Positions 9,962-20,557 of a DNA stretch of 36,931 nucleotides are shown piece by piece. This DNA comes from Bacteroidota bacterium (GTDB taxonomy: Bacteria; Bacteroidota; Ignavibacteria; UBA10030; UBA6906). The position numbers and the translations under genes were made by a program. Position 1 is the stretch's first letter. The number at the start of each line of letters is the position of its first letter. The DNA is taken from positions 1-36,931 of the forward strand of contig JBKJJX010000065.1 in assembly GCA_046597825.1 (NCBI GenBank). The letters run 5' to 3'. The notes beneath the pieces are model-generated. The model was not told where the DNA came from. It ran no database searches and was given only the letters and a program-made list of their open reading frames with translations.

Positions 9962-11281
9962 ATGGTAAAGGAAGCAGCTGAAACTGCAGAGATTCAAGAG
10001 CCAACCAATGGCTCCACTCCGTGCCGGGTATCCCGGATGGCGGATAAGCTTATCGGTTCGGAGATACTCAAAGTGGCGTCCGATATTCGCGTTATGGTTG
10101 CAGAAGGAAAAACCATTTGCAATCTCACCGTGGGCGATTTCAATCCTGCCGAATTCAGAATACCGGAGTATCTTGAGCAGCAGATAGCGGAAGCGATCCA
10201 TAAGGGCGAAACAAATTATCCTCCTGCCGACGGCATGCCGCCATTGAAGAAATCTGTCATCGCATTTTATGAGAAGCATCTCGGGCTTCGCTATTCGCTC
10301 GACTCCACCATCGTAACGTGCGGTTCACGTCCGGGTATTTACGGTACCTATAGTGCAGTCACCGATCCGGGAGACCGTGTTGTGTATCCCGTCCCTTCGT
10401 GGAACAATAATCATTATGTACATCTTGTGGGTGCGACCGGCGTGCCGGTTGTTTGCAAACGCGAGGATGCGTTCCTTCCCACCAGAAAATTGTTGGAGCC
10501 TGTCATTCGCGGTGCCCGGCTGCTTTCGCTCAATTCACCGCTCAACCCGAGCGGTACGGCATTCTCACAAAAGGCCCTTGAGGAAATTTGCGATCTTGTT
10601 CTTGAGGAAAACGCCCGCCGCTCACACGACGAGCGACCACTCTACGTCCTTTTCGATCAAGTCTACTGGATGCTGACGTTCGGATCGACACACCATTTCA
10701 ATCCGGTAAGCTTGCGGCCTGAGATGAAACCGTATACTATTTTTGTGGATGGAATTTCAAAGGCATTTGCAGCAACCGGTGTGCGTGTCGGGTGGGTTGT
10801 GGGTCCGCAGGATGTCGTGAAGAAAATGTCGGCGATTATTGCGCATGTTGGTGCATGGGCTCCCCGAGCGGAACAGATTGCGGTTTCCAAATTGCTTCTC
10901 AACGACGATGTAATCACCGCATACCATGCAATGATGAAGGAAGGAATCCGGAAGAGGCTTGATATTCTTCATCAGGGCATCCTCGATCTTCGCAAACAGA
11001 ATTTTCCAGTCGATGCGATTCCGCCCATGGGGGCAATGTACCTCACGGTCCGGTTTGCGCTGAACGAGAAGACCGTCAAGGGCGGTGAATTATTGCGGAC
11101 GAACGAAGACATCCGGAAATATTTGCTGCGCGAAGCCGGACTGGCAATCGTGCCGTTCCATGCATTCGGGATGGGGGATGATGAAAACGGGTGGTTCCGG
11201 CTTTCTGTCGGCGCCGTCTCCGTAAAGGAAATCGAAGACATGCTGCCGCGTTTGAAAAACGCATTGACACACGTATCGTAA
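9962..11281 (+). CDS. PLP-dependent aminotransferase, class I (aspartate aminotransferase family)
   Basis: Fold-type I signatures are present: NSPLNPSG and the PLP-lysine motif SKAFAATGVRVGW. The ORF track starts at 9872, overlapping the divergent kinase ORF. ATG at 9962 (MVKEAAE...) or 10037 (MADKL...) is more plausible. Confidence 0.85.
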   Translation: MVKEAAETAEIQEPTNGSTPCRVSRMADKLIGSEILKVASDIRVMVAEGKTICNLTVGDFNPAEFRIPEYLEQQIAEAIHKGETNYPPADGMPPLKKSVIAFYEKHLGLRYSLDSTIVTCGSRPGIYGTYSAVTDPGDRVVYPVPSWNNNHYVHLVGATGVPVVCKREDAFLPTRKLLEPVIRGARLLSLNSPLNPSGTAFSQKALEEICDLVLEENARRSHDERPLYVLFDQVYWMLTFGSTHHFNPVSLRPEMKPYTIFVDGISKAFAATGVRVGWVVGPQDVVKKMSAIIAHVGAWAPRAEQIAVSKLLLNDDVITAYHAMMKEGIRKRLDILHQGILDLRKQNFPVDAIPPMGAMYLTVRFALNEKTVKGGELLRTNEDIRKYLLREAGLAIVPFHAFGMGDDENGWFRLSVGAVSVKEIEDMLPRLKNALTHVS

Positions 11282-11324
11282 TTGCGATACCCGACCACAT
11301 TTTGTTATCGGAACGTGAACCTAT

Positions 11325-12572
11325 TTGCAATCTTTTGAAGAATATCTCTCCGCTGTAGTTACGTCGGCAGCAATCCCTTCCCGTCCGCTTGTTCAGGGTG
11401 AGTGTCAATCTGAAAAACATCTGCGGTGCAGACTTTGCCACGCCGTGAATATCGATTACCCGACGGAGGCAAAACTTAAGAATGAGGCGCTGCAGAAATT
11501 CTGGAAAACGCTCCGGATACCTCTCCATCTTGATCCGCTCGTACTCTCACCACTCGGCAGAAATTACCGTACGACAACCAAACGCCGCGTCTTCCCCTGG
11601 CGCGACTCCGTGAAGCTCGGACTTCTTAGTCCCGACGAGAAAGGCGATTTGAAGCCCTTCAATGTTGTCGATTGCGCCATTGAGCCCGTTGCACACGCAG
11701 CAGTCTATCGTCAAATCCAGGAAAGTATCGTCAAGCCGTATGCGAAGTCTTTTGCAAAGTCGTTAAGCTATGTGATCATCAAAGGCAACTACACAGAGAA
11801 CACCGTTATCTTCAATGTGCGTGATCTGTCTCCGGAAGTTGTTCGGGCCGCAAACACTCTCTCCAAATCCTTAACGAAAAAATATCAGCACATTGTCGGA
11901 TTGTTTTTGTATGAGGATGACACAAGTCCGCAATATTATTTGGGCTCCAAGGGTCAGGGAACGAAACCGAAATTCAAAAAGCTCTTCGGCAAACCGGAAA
12001 TATTTCACCGGACAATGGGGCGGAGTTTTCTCTACTCGCCTCTTTCATTCTCGCAAGTTAACCAGTCGATCATGGAGAAAATGATCTCTGCTGCCGAATC
12101 GACGCTTGCCCCTACAAAAGAAAGCAAGCTGTTCGATTTGTATTGCGGGTATGGATTGTTTGCTCTTTGTCTCTCCGACAAGGTGCAGTTTGTTACCGGC
12201 GCAGAAGTTTCCTCATCTTCAATAGAATCTGCAAACGCTAATGCGAAAAGACAGAAAGTTTCGAATGCACGTTTCATCCGAACCGATATCAACGAGGAAA
12301 CCGCTGAACGGATTCTCGCGCAGGCATCCCCGAACGATGTAGTGCTGGTTGATCCGCCACGCAAGGGCACAGCGGAAGGGGTCATCGAAGCGATAGCAGC
12401 CAAACTGCCAAGGAAAGTCGTCCATATCTTTTGCGATATCGATATCATAGGAAAAGAATTGCGGCGATGGTCGAAAAGCGGTTACACGGCGAAGCGGGCG
12501 ATGCCGTTTGATATGTTCCCGGGTACGCCATCGGTTGAGACAATGATATTACTGGAACCCGACTCCCGATAA
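11325..12572 (+). CDS. SAM-dependent RNA (uracil-5-)-methyltransferase, RlmC/RlmD/TrmA family, without a TRAM domain
   Basis: The SAM motif is DLYCGYGLFAL, followed by VLVDPPRKG and a C-terminal FDMFPGTPSVE block. An N-terminal C-x7-C-x2-C cluster (CQSEKHLRCRLC) plus a later Cys (VVDCAIEP) resembles the RumA/RumB Fe-S ligands. The only start-like codon before the conserved region is TTG at 11325. Confidence 0.8.
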   Translation: MQSFEEYLSAVVTSAAIPSRPLVQGECQSEKHLRCRLCHAVNIDYPTEAKLKNEALQKFWKTLRIPLHLDPLVLSPLGRNYRTTTKRRVFPWRDSVKLGLLSPDEKGDLKPFNVVDCAIEPVAHAAVYRQIQESIVKPYAKSFAKSLSYVIIKGNYTENTVIFNVRDLSPEVVRAANTLSKSLTKKYQHIVGLFLYEDDTSPQYYLGSKGQGTKPKFKKLFGKPEIFHRTMGRSFLYSPLSFSQVNQSIMEKMISAAESTLAPTKESKLFDLYCGYGLFALCLSDKVQFVTGAEVSSSSIESANANAKRQKVSNARFIRTDINEETAERILAQASPNDVVLVDPPRKGTAEGVIEAIAAKLPRKVVHIFCDIDIIGKELRRWSKSGYTAKRAMPFDMFPGTPSVETMILLEPDSR

Positions 12573-12652
12573 GCGTGTTGATTTTCTTACTCGACAGCTG
12601 ATATTCAACCTTTAGAACCATCCACTTCGAGTTATTTTCTTGCGGAGAATTC

Positions 12653-14200
12653 ATGCGCCCGATTATTTATTTTTTTGCTCTCTTTAGTTTTACTTTTTTT
12701 GCTTTCGGCGGATACACGACGCCAAACACCGGCGTGAACTGGACGCTCGATAGTCTTGTCGTCCGTTCAGGTGGAACACTGACCGGAACATTTCCCGCGT
12801 ACACCATGGCGGACACGATAACCATTTCGGCGAATGACCGTCTTACAATTGGTCCCGGGTCGGTCATCACAGTTACACAGGGAACCGGCAAAGGGTTTAC
12901 CGTCTTTGGCATTCTGCGGGCCACCGGCACCATAACGGACTCCATCATCGTGAAGGGATCTGTCGATTCGGCGGGATGGCACCGCGGCTTCCGGTTTGAT
13001 GATTCTTCCGTGGATTCGCTTTGCGTCGTTTCATACTGCAGGATTATGAACGCGGTCGATGCAATCTACTGTTTCAATTCCAACACGCTGATTAGGAATT
13101 GTCTTTTCACTCGCAACAGCACAAATGCAGTGCGCTGTTTCGCAGGAAATTCGACCATTCGGAATTGTTCTTTCATCGAGAACCGGCAATCATGCATCAC
13201 GGCTAACAGCAATTCTTCTCCCTTGATTGAGAATAATCTCTTCGCGAAGAACAACTCGCGCAACAACGGGCCGAACAATGCCATTGCAATTGGCGGGCAG
13301 GGCGCCAACAATCCGATTATCCGTAACAATGAAATTTACAATCAGGGTTATTTTCGGGCGGGCGCAATCGGGCTGAGTACGCTCGGCTCAGGCGACGTGT
13401 GCAATCCGCTCATCGAAGGCAATTATCTTCATGACAACAGCTTCGGGATCGCAACAACCGCCTTTACGCCGGGCGGCACCATTCAACCGATCATCCGTTA
13501 CAATCGCATCGAGAACAATCGCATTAATCCCGACCCGTTGGTTTCCGGGAGCGGTATTACAATGCAGGCGGGCGGTCCATCCAATGCCCCGATTATTACG
13601 GGTAATATTATCAAGGGTAATTATTGGGGAATTACGTGCGTCTCTTCTTCCGGGCTTACAAATTCTCCCAAACCCAACATCGGCAATCTGAGCAATGCTG
13701 ATACAAGCGATGACGGCAAAAATGTTTTCGATAACAACAATAACGGCGGCACGATTTACCAACTGTACAACAATGGTACGCAGGATCTTTTTGCACAGAA
13801 TAACTACTGGGGCTCCAACGATTCAGTAACAGTTGAACAATGGATTGTTCACAAACCTGACAGTTCTGTGTTTGGCAGAGTGACGTACTTACCATTCAGA
13901 ACGCTGACTACCGTGCAAGACAACCCGGGCAGGCCGACGATCTCATCTCTCTATCAGAATTATCCAAATCCTTTTAATCCATCCACGACAATCCGGTTTG
14001 AGCTGGCACGGCCGGAATTTGCAGGGCTAAAAGTGTTTGACTTGCTGGGGAGGGAGCTTCGAACACTGATGAGTAGCACCTTGACTGCGGGAATACATAG
14101 CGTCGTCTTCGAGGCAAATGATCTTGCAAGTGGAGTTTACTTTTACAGATTGAGCGCCGGTGAATTTGTTTCCACAAAAAAATTCCTTTTACAAAAATAA
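12653..14200 (+). CDS. Secreted right-handed parallel beta-helix repeat protein with a T9SS C-terminal sorting domain
   Basis: The ATG is preceded by GGAG, and the signal peptide is MRPIIYFFALFSFTFFAFG. Tandem PbH1-like repeats are present (IRNCLFTRNS, IRNCSFIENR, IENNLFAKNN, IRNNEIYNQG, IEGNYLHDNS, IRYNRIENNR, ITGNIIKGNY). The last ~85 aa, YQNYPNPFNPSTTIRF...LKVFDLLGREL...GVYFYRL, form a Por/T9SS type-A C-terminal domain. Confidence 0.88.
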   Translation: MRPIIYFFALFSFTFFAFGGYTTPNTGVNWTLDSLVVRSGGTLTGTFPAYTMADTITISANDRLTIGPGSVITVTQGTGKGFTVFGILRATGTITDSIIVKGSVDSAGWHRGFRFDDSSVDSLCVVSYCRIMNAVDAIYCFNSNTLIRNCLFTRNSTNAVRCFAGNSTIRNCSFIENRQSCITANSNSSPLIENNLFAKNNSRNNGPNNAIAIGGQGANNPIIRNNEIYNQGYFRAGAIGLSTLGSGDVCNPLIEGNYLHDNSFGIATTAFTPGGTIQPIIRYNRIENNRINPDPLVSGSGITMQAGGPSNAPIITGNIIKGNYWGITCVSSSGLTNSPKPNIGNLSNADTSDDGKNVFDNNNNGGTIYQLYNNGTQDLFAQNNYWGSNDSVTVEQWIVHKPDSSVFGRVTYLPFRTLTTVQDNPGRPTISSLYQNYPNPFNPSTTIRFELARPEFAGLKVFDLLGRELRTLMSSTLTAGIHSVVFEANDLASGVYFYRLSAGEFVSTKKFLLQK

Positions 14201-14207
14201 GTCGGGC

Positions 14208-15692
14208 ATGATGTCGCTGCGGACAGTTCTTCTTTTCATTGGATTATATTTCTTCTACTCAAGTGCAATCGCACAGACATGGTGGAATCAGCGCTGGCAT
14301 TACCGTGTTCCGGTAACTATTTCGGCAAACGGATTTGATCGAACGAATAAGCCGGTTGAAGTCCCAGTAAATTTCTCCTCACTCTTTGCCGCTGTAGGTT
14401 CACTCCGCACTCTCGATAGCAATTCGATTCGACCGGTCGAAGTCTCGTCAACAGGCACATCGCTCGACACACTCATCGTTTTTCAATTCGACAAAGACTC
14501 AACATACAACGCAGCGACAAATGCCCGCGGCACGCTTGTTCTTCTTCTGAAGGGAATAACATCCGCAAACAGTTCGCGCTACTTCGATATTTATTTTGAT
14601 GCGACCGGCGGAACGTTTACGCGTCCCTCATTCCCCGGAACGATTAGCATAACAGATACTGCCTCGTATCAAGGGCAAGCCACATATATTATTACAACCA
14701 CGCTTGCAAAATATTTTTACCACAAACTCGGCGGCGGTTTCGCGAGCATGATGGATACCACGGGTCGCGATTGGATAAGCTACCGTCCGGGCGGTGGTTC
14801 CAGCGGAGAGTATCGCGGCATTCCGAACCTGGGGCCCGTCGCACATCCCGGTTATGTAAATGCAACGAGCAGTCTCATCTCGCAGGGTCCGCTCAAGGCA
14901 ACAATACTCTCGCAAACAGTTGACAACGCGTGGCTCTGGCAATGGGACTTTTTTCCGGAGTACGCGCGCTTAACTCTGCACCGTCGCGGTGACACGTATT
15001 GGATTTTGTATGAGGGGACACCGGGCGGAGTGCTCAATGTGCCGGGAGATTTCTGGGTTCGTTCTCCTGGAATCCGGCTGGATGTGTCTGAACAATGGGT
15101 GGGAGAATTACCTGCACCGGAATGGGTGTACTTCGGAGATGTAGCAATGCGACGCGTACTGTATCTTTCGAAGCATGAGGATGATAACGCCGGCGATCAA
15201 TACTGGCAGCTCGAAAATAACATGACCGTCTTTGGATTCGGGCGGCAGTTTCAATGCTGCGACCGGTATCTGACTGCTGTTCCGATGCATTTGACAATCG
15301 GCTTCGCAGAAGATTCAGTCGCGGCAATAGCTACAATTAGCGGCTCGTCACGCGATCTGAATGTCTCTCTCGGCTCACCGTCCACGACAGGAGTCCGTGC
15401 GTACGATAATATTCTGCCGAAAAAATTTGCGCTCGAACAAAATTATCCGAATCCTTTCAACCCCACAACAAAAATCCGATTCGCAATCCCATCTCACGGA
15501 GAAGAAAGTGTCGTAACATTGAAAGTCTTTGACGTACTGGGAAGAGAGATGAAAACTCTCGTCGATGAACCACTCGGTGCGGGAACATACGAGGTGACAT
15601 TTGATGCAGCTGAATTGGCAACCGGCGTCTATTTCTATCGCCTTCAAGCGGGCAGATATAATGCAGCAAGAAAATTCATTGTCACGAGGTAG
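14208..15692 (+). CDS. Secreted protein of unknown function with a T9SS C-terminal sorting domain (N-terminal DUF2341-like beta-sandwich suspected)
   Basis: ATG at 14208 (MMSLRTVLLFIGLYFFYSSAIAQ, a signal peptide) lies 8 nt after the previous stop. The track start at 14160 overlaps the upstream gene. The N-terminal WWNQRWHYRVPVTIS...PVEVPVNF...IRPVEV...YFDIYFDA resembles the W.YR..itI pattern of DUF2341. The C-terminus, EQNYPNPFNPTTKIRF...LKVFDVLGREM...GVYFYRL, is a T9SS sorting domain. Confidence 0.8.
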   Translation: MMSLRTVLLFIGLYFFYSSAIAQTWWNQRWHYRVPVTISANGFDRTNKPVEVPVNFSSLFAAVGSLRTLDSNSIRPVEVSSTGTSLDTLIVFQFDKDSTYNAATNARGTLVLLLKGITSANSSRYFDIYFDATGGTFTRPSFPGTISITDTASYQGQATYIITTTLAKYFYHKLGGGFASMMDTTGRDWISYRPGGGSSGEYRGIPNLGPVAHPGYVNATSSLISQGPLKATILSQTVDNAWLWQWDFFPEYARLTLHRRGDTYWILYEGTPGGVLNVPGDFWVRSPGIRLDVSEQWVGELPAPEWVYFGDVAMRRVLYLSKHEDDNAGDQYWQLENNMTVFGFGRQFQCCDRYLTAVPMHLTIGFAEDSVAAIATISGSSRDLNVSLGSPSTTGVRAYDNILPKKFALEQNYPNPFNPTTKIRFAIPSHGEESVVTLKVFDVLGREMKTLVDEPLGAGTYEVTFDAAELATGVYFYRLQAGRYNAARKFIVTR

Positions 15693-15702
15693 GAGTCGAG
15701 CT

Positions 15703-16515
15703 CTAAAATCTCCACTCCACAATCAAACGGTTTCCGGCAGGAATCAGACGCAAGCCTGTTGACGCGTCATCCTCTTTCATCCCTCCCTCATACCATTTCA
15801 CAACAGAACGTCCCGTAAAAACGGAGAGCGCTCCTGAAAAGATGCAATCCGAAAGCCAGTGATCGCGTGAATACATGCGAGATGTTGCGCAAAGCGTTGC
15901 GGCGGTATACAATGCAACCGATGCCCATGGATTTCCAATCCGTTCCGCCAACACGGCAGAAAGTGTGAACGCAACAACCGTATGGCCGGAAGGGAATGAG
16001 ACAAACTCATCGCGTGTACTGAACGGTCTGAACTGATCGTGCGACAATCCCGTGTAAGGCCGTGCCCTGCCAACCAAAATCTTCAACGCCATTTCAGTTA
16101 CAACAGAAACGGAGAGCGCACTCGCCAGCAGCACAGATGTTTCGCGCAGCCATTCATTCTCAAATGCCAATCCCGCTCCGTACATTGTGCCAGTAAGAAG
16201 AACCACATTCAATCCCGAACCATATTCCACCGCGATTTTTTGTAACGAAGTGTTCTGTGAGTTTCTGTTTCGATCCATCAGCAGCAGAACATCTTCGTCT
16301 GCAAAGGATGAAAGAAACGCTCCCCCGACAACGCCCCCGGCAACGAGCCAATCGTTGCGCTGCCACCGAAGAGGCGATGAAATAGTATGCAGAGAGAGTT
16401 TGGCGTAAAGGGAAAAATCATTGGAAATAGTAGAGGAAAGAGAAGGAGATGACGTCTGTGCACGGAGGGTTATAGCGAAGACGAACATCAACGCAAAGCA
16501 AAGAGGCCGTCCCAT
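15703..16515 (-). CDS. PAP2 superfamily lipid phosphatase (membrane protein)
   Basis: All three acid-phosphatase motifs are present: KILVGRARP (KxxxxxxRP), PSGH, and SRMYSRDHWLSD (SRxxxxxHxxxD). There is an N-terminal signal/TM segment, MGRPLCFALMFVFAITLRAQ, and further hydrophobic segments. Confidence 0.87.
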   Translation of the reverse strand: MGRPLCFALMFVFAITLRAQTSSPSLSSTISNDFSLYAKLSLHTISSPLRWQRNDWLVAGGVVGGAFLSSFADEDVLLLMDRNRNSQNTSLQKIAVEYGSGLNVVLLTGTMYGAGLAFENEWLRETSVLLASALSVSVVTEMALKILVGRARPYTGLSHDQFRPFSTRDEFVSFPSGHTVVAFTLSAVLAERIGNPWASVALYTAATLCATSRMYSRDHWLSDCIFSGALSVFTGRSVVKWYEGGMKEDDASTGLRLIPAGNRLIVEWRF

Positions 16516-16547
16516 TCTATCCGTTCGTCACTCTGGTTGTTTGATAA

Positions 16548-18808
<2,261 letters not shown>

Positions 18809-18822
<14 letters not shown>

Positions 18823-19564
18823 GCTTCCTTGTGTATAAACTTCTTACGAGTTCCAGATCAGCTGCTGTGTCGACCGGTGTGCTGTCGTATGTGGTAACCG
18901 CTGCGCGGATTGAGTAGCCATGCTCAAGGATTCGGAGCTGCTCAAGTTTTTCCATCTTCTCAAGCGGCGTTTGCTCTAATGTCGGAAACAGAAGAAGAAA
19001 CTCATGCCGGAACACATACAGCCCAATGTGCTTGTAATATGCTTGAGAACCAAGCCATTCCTGCTGCGCTTTATCGCGCCCAACCGGAATCGCCGCACGG
19101 GAAAAATAAAGACAATTGCCCTCCCGGCCCATCACCACTTTCACGATATTGGGATTGAACAAGTCCGCTTCGTTATCAATTTGCTTTACGAGCGTCCCGA
19201 CCTTGGAGGATCCGTCAGCGACAACTGCCACAGCCTCATCGATCATCTCCGGCGCAATCAGCGGCTCATCGCCTTGAACGTTGACGACGATATCTGCATC
19301 AGACAATGTTTTCGCTGCTGCGGCGACTCTGTCGGTTCCGCTTTGAAGATCGGGCGAAGTCATCACCACCTCTCCGCCAAACGCCTTGACTACCGAGGCG
19401 ATTCGATCATCATCCGTTGCAACGATGACCTTCGAGATGCGGCGCGCCTTCGATGCCTGCTCGAACACGCGCTGTATCATCGGCTTGCCGCATATATCCG
19501 CAAGTGGTTTTGCCGGAAGACGCTGGGCATTGTAGCGCGCCGGAATAATGGCTACAGCCCTCAT
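18809..19564 (-). CDS. kdsB: 3-deoxy-manno-octulosonate cytidylyltransferase (CMP-Kdo synthetase)
   Basis: MRAVAIIPARYNAQRLPAKPLADICGKPMIQRV...VNVQGDEPLI...is the typical KdsB pattern. The track start (19648) is over-extended. ATG at 19564 forms an ATGA overlap with the gatC stop (19561-19563). Confidence 0.92.
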
Positions 19565-19854
19565 CGTTCGCCGATGACTTTGGAAACTTTGAAAAACTTC
19601 TCTGTTGCTGCCGGGGCGTTTTTCAAAGCGTCTTCGCGGAGAACACACGGACCTTCTTCATCTGAGCGAAACACATTATGCAGATCTATTACCTGCGCGA
19701 GAGGTTCAACATTTTCTGTATCCAATTTGTTGAGCTGCTCCATGTACGTCAGAATATCATTCAGTTCGGAGGTCAGCTTTTCTTTTTCTTTTTCTGAAAA
19801 GGAAAGTCTCGCCAACGCCGCAACCCGTTCCACATCTTTTATCGTAACCGACAT
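19561..19854 (-). CDS. gatC: Asp-tRNA(Asn)/Glu-tRNA(Gln) amidotransferase subunit C
   Basis: 97 aa. MSVTIKDVERVAALARLSFSEKEKEKLTSELNDILTYMEQLNKLDTENVEPL matches the GatC pattern. gatA and gatB are not in the window. Confidence 0.9.
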   Translation of the reverse strand: MSVTIKDVERVAALARLSFSEKEKEKLTSELNDILTYMEQLNKLDTENVEPLAQVIDLHNVFRSDEEGPCVLREDALKNAPAATEKFFKVSKVIGER

Positions 19855-19864
19855 ATTTTCTTCT

Positions 19865-20557
19865 CTATTGCCTGATGATTGCGTACGCGAACTGTCCCAC
19901 GGAATCTCTACACCCTTGAAGGTTTTTTATCAGATACGTGTCGGCAATGTTTGCAACCAGGTAAGACTTTTCCCCGCTAAAGAGAACGGACGTTTGAGCA
20001 GGCTGCACGCTCGTGGAATTAAATTTGTCGGAGAAAATTGTATTGAAGTCACCTTCCCGACCGCACGTTGTGTTACGCGTGGCAAGCGCCTCGGTCCCTG
20101 GAATAATGCGAATGCCCTGCACCCCTCCTTTTATCTCGAGCTGCTCTAAATCGGGAAGCAACAGCGTACCAAAAAGACAAAGTAAACTATCTCTTTTGTC
20201 TTTTATAAGCAACGCGAAGCGATTCTCAATTTTTTTGTAGAACATCACTATGCGCAGAGTCGTATCGACTTTCAAATACGGCGAGAGAGGGAGAGTATAG
20301 TACACTGTATCTTTGCGTCCCGAGATTGTATCGCGAACCTCGATGAAATGTTTATATGTCTTGTACACTGAATCGACTTTATCATAATCGGTTACACGTC
20401 CGCGAAATTCAACATCGGCGGAATTCCCGCGCGTGGATGAGAGCATGATTTTTACCTCGCCGAGCGTTATGCGCCGGACATTCGGGTCGGCGGGATCCAG
20501 CTTGCACGAAAGGAAGCTCATGCAAATGAGTACCAGTGCGCTCTTACTGGTCGACAT
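19865..20557 (-). CDS. Hypothetical lipoprotein/secreted protein with no recognisable domain
   Basis: The ORF sits in a tight co-directional run. ATG at 20557 gives MSTSKSALVLICMSFLSC-KLDP, a hydrophobic signal ending in Cys that is lipobox-like but not canonical. It overlaps the plsC stop by 14 nt. An alternative ATG is at 20578. I recognise no catalytic motifs. Confidence 0.6.
   Translation of the reverse strand: MSTSKSALVLICMSFLSCKLDPADPNVRRITLGEVKIMLSSTRGNSADVEFRGRVTDYDKVDSVYKTYKHFIEVRDTISGRKDTVYYTLPLSPYLKVDTTLRIVMFYKKIENRFALLIKDKRDSLLCLFGTLLLPDLEQLEIKGGVQGIRIIPGTEALATRNTTCGREGDFNTIFSDKFNSTSVQPAQTSVLFSGEKSYLVANIADTYLIKNLQGCRDSVGQFAYAIIRQ

Noticed and set aside
14160-14207. An upstream start (14160) for the second T9SS protein that would overlap the first gene by 41 nt.
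   Set aside because: The extension (MNLFPQKNSFYKNKSG) precedes a perfectly good signal peptide starting at ATG 14208, immediately after the upstream stop.
19004-20149. A 381-codon plus-strand ORF running antisense across kdsB, gatC and the lipoprotein gene. Similar long antisense ORFs occur at 29708..30646, 34631..35587, 35734..36591, 18092..18838, 17571..18221, 2687..3322, 20685..21308 and 25151..26102.
   Set aside because: Each lies opposite a gene with strong family signatures. Their translations are Arg/Ser/Cys-rich and low in complexity, with no recognisable motifs, start context or RBS. They are best explained as shadow ORFs arising because the sense genes rarely use TTA, CTA and TCA codons. 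The 381-codon example crosses genes in different frames, so it is a little surprising, but nothing else supports it.
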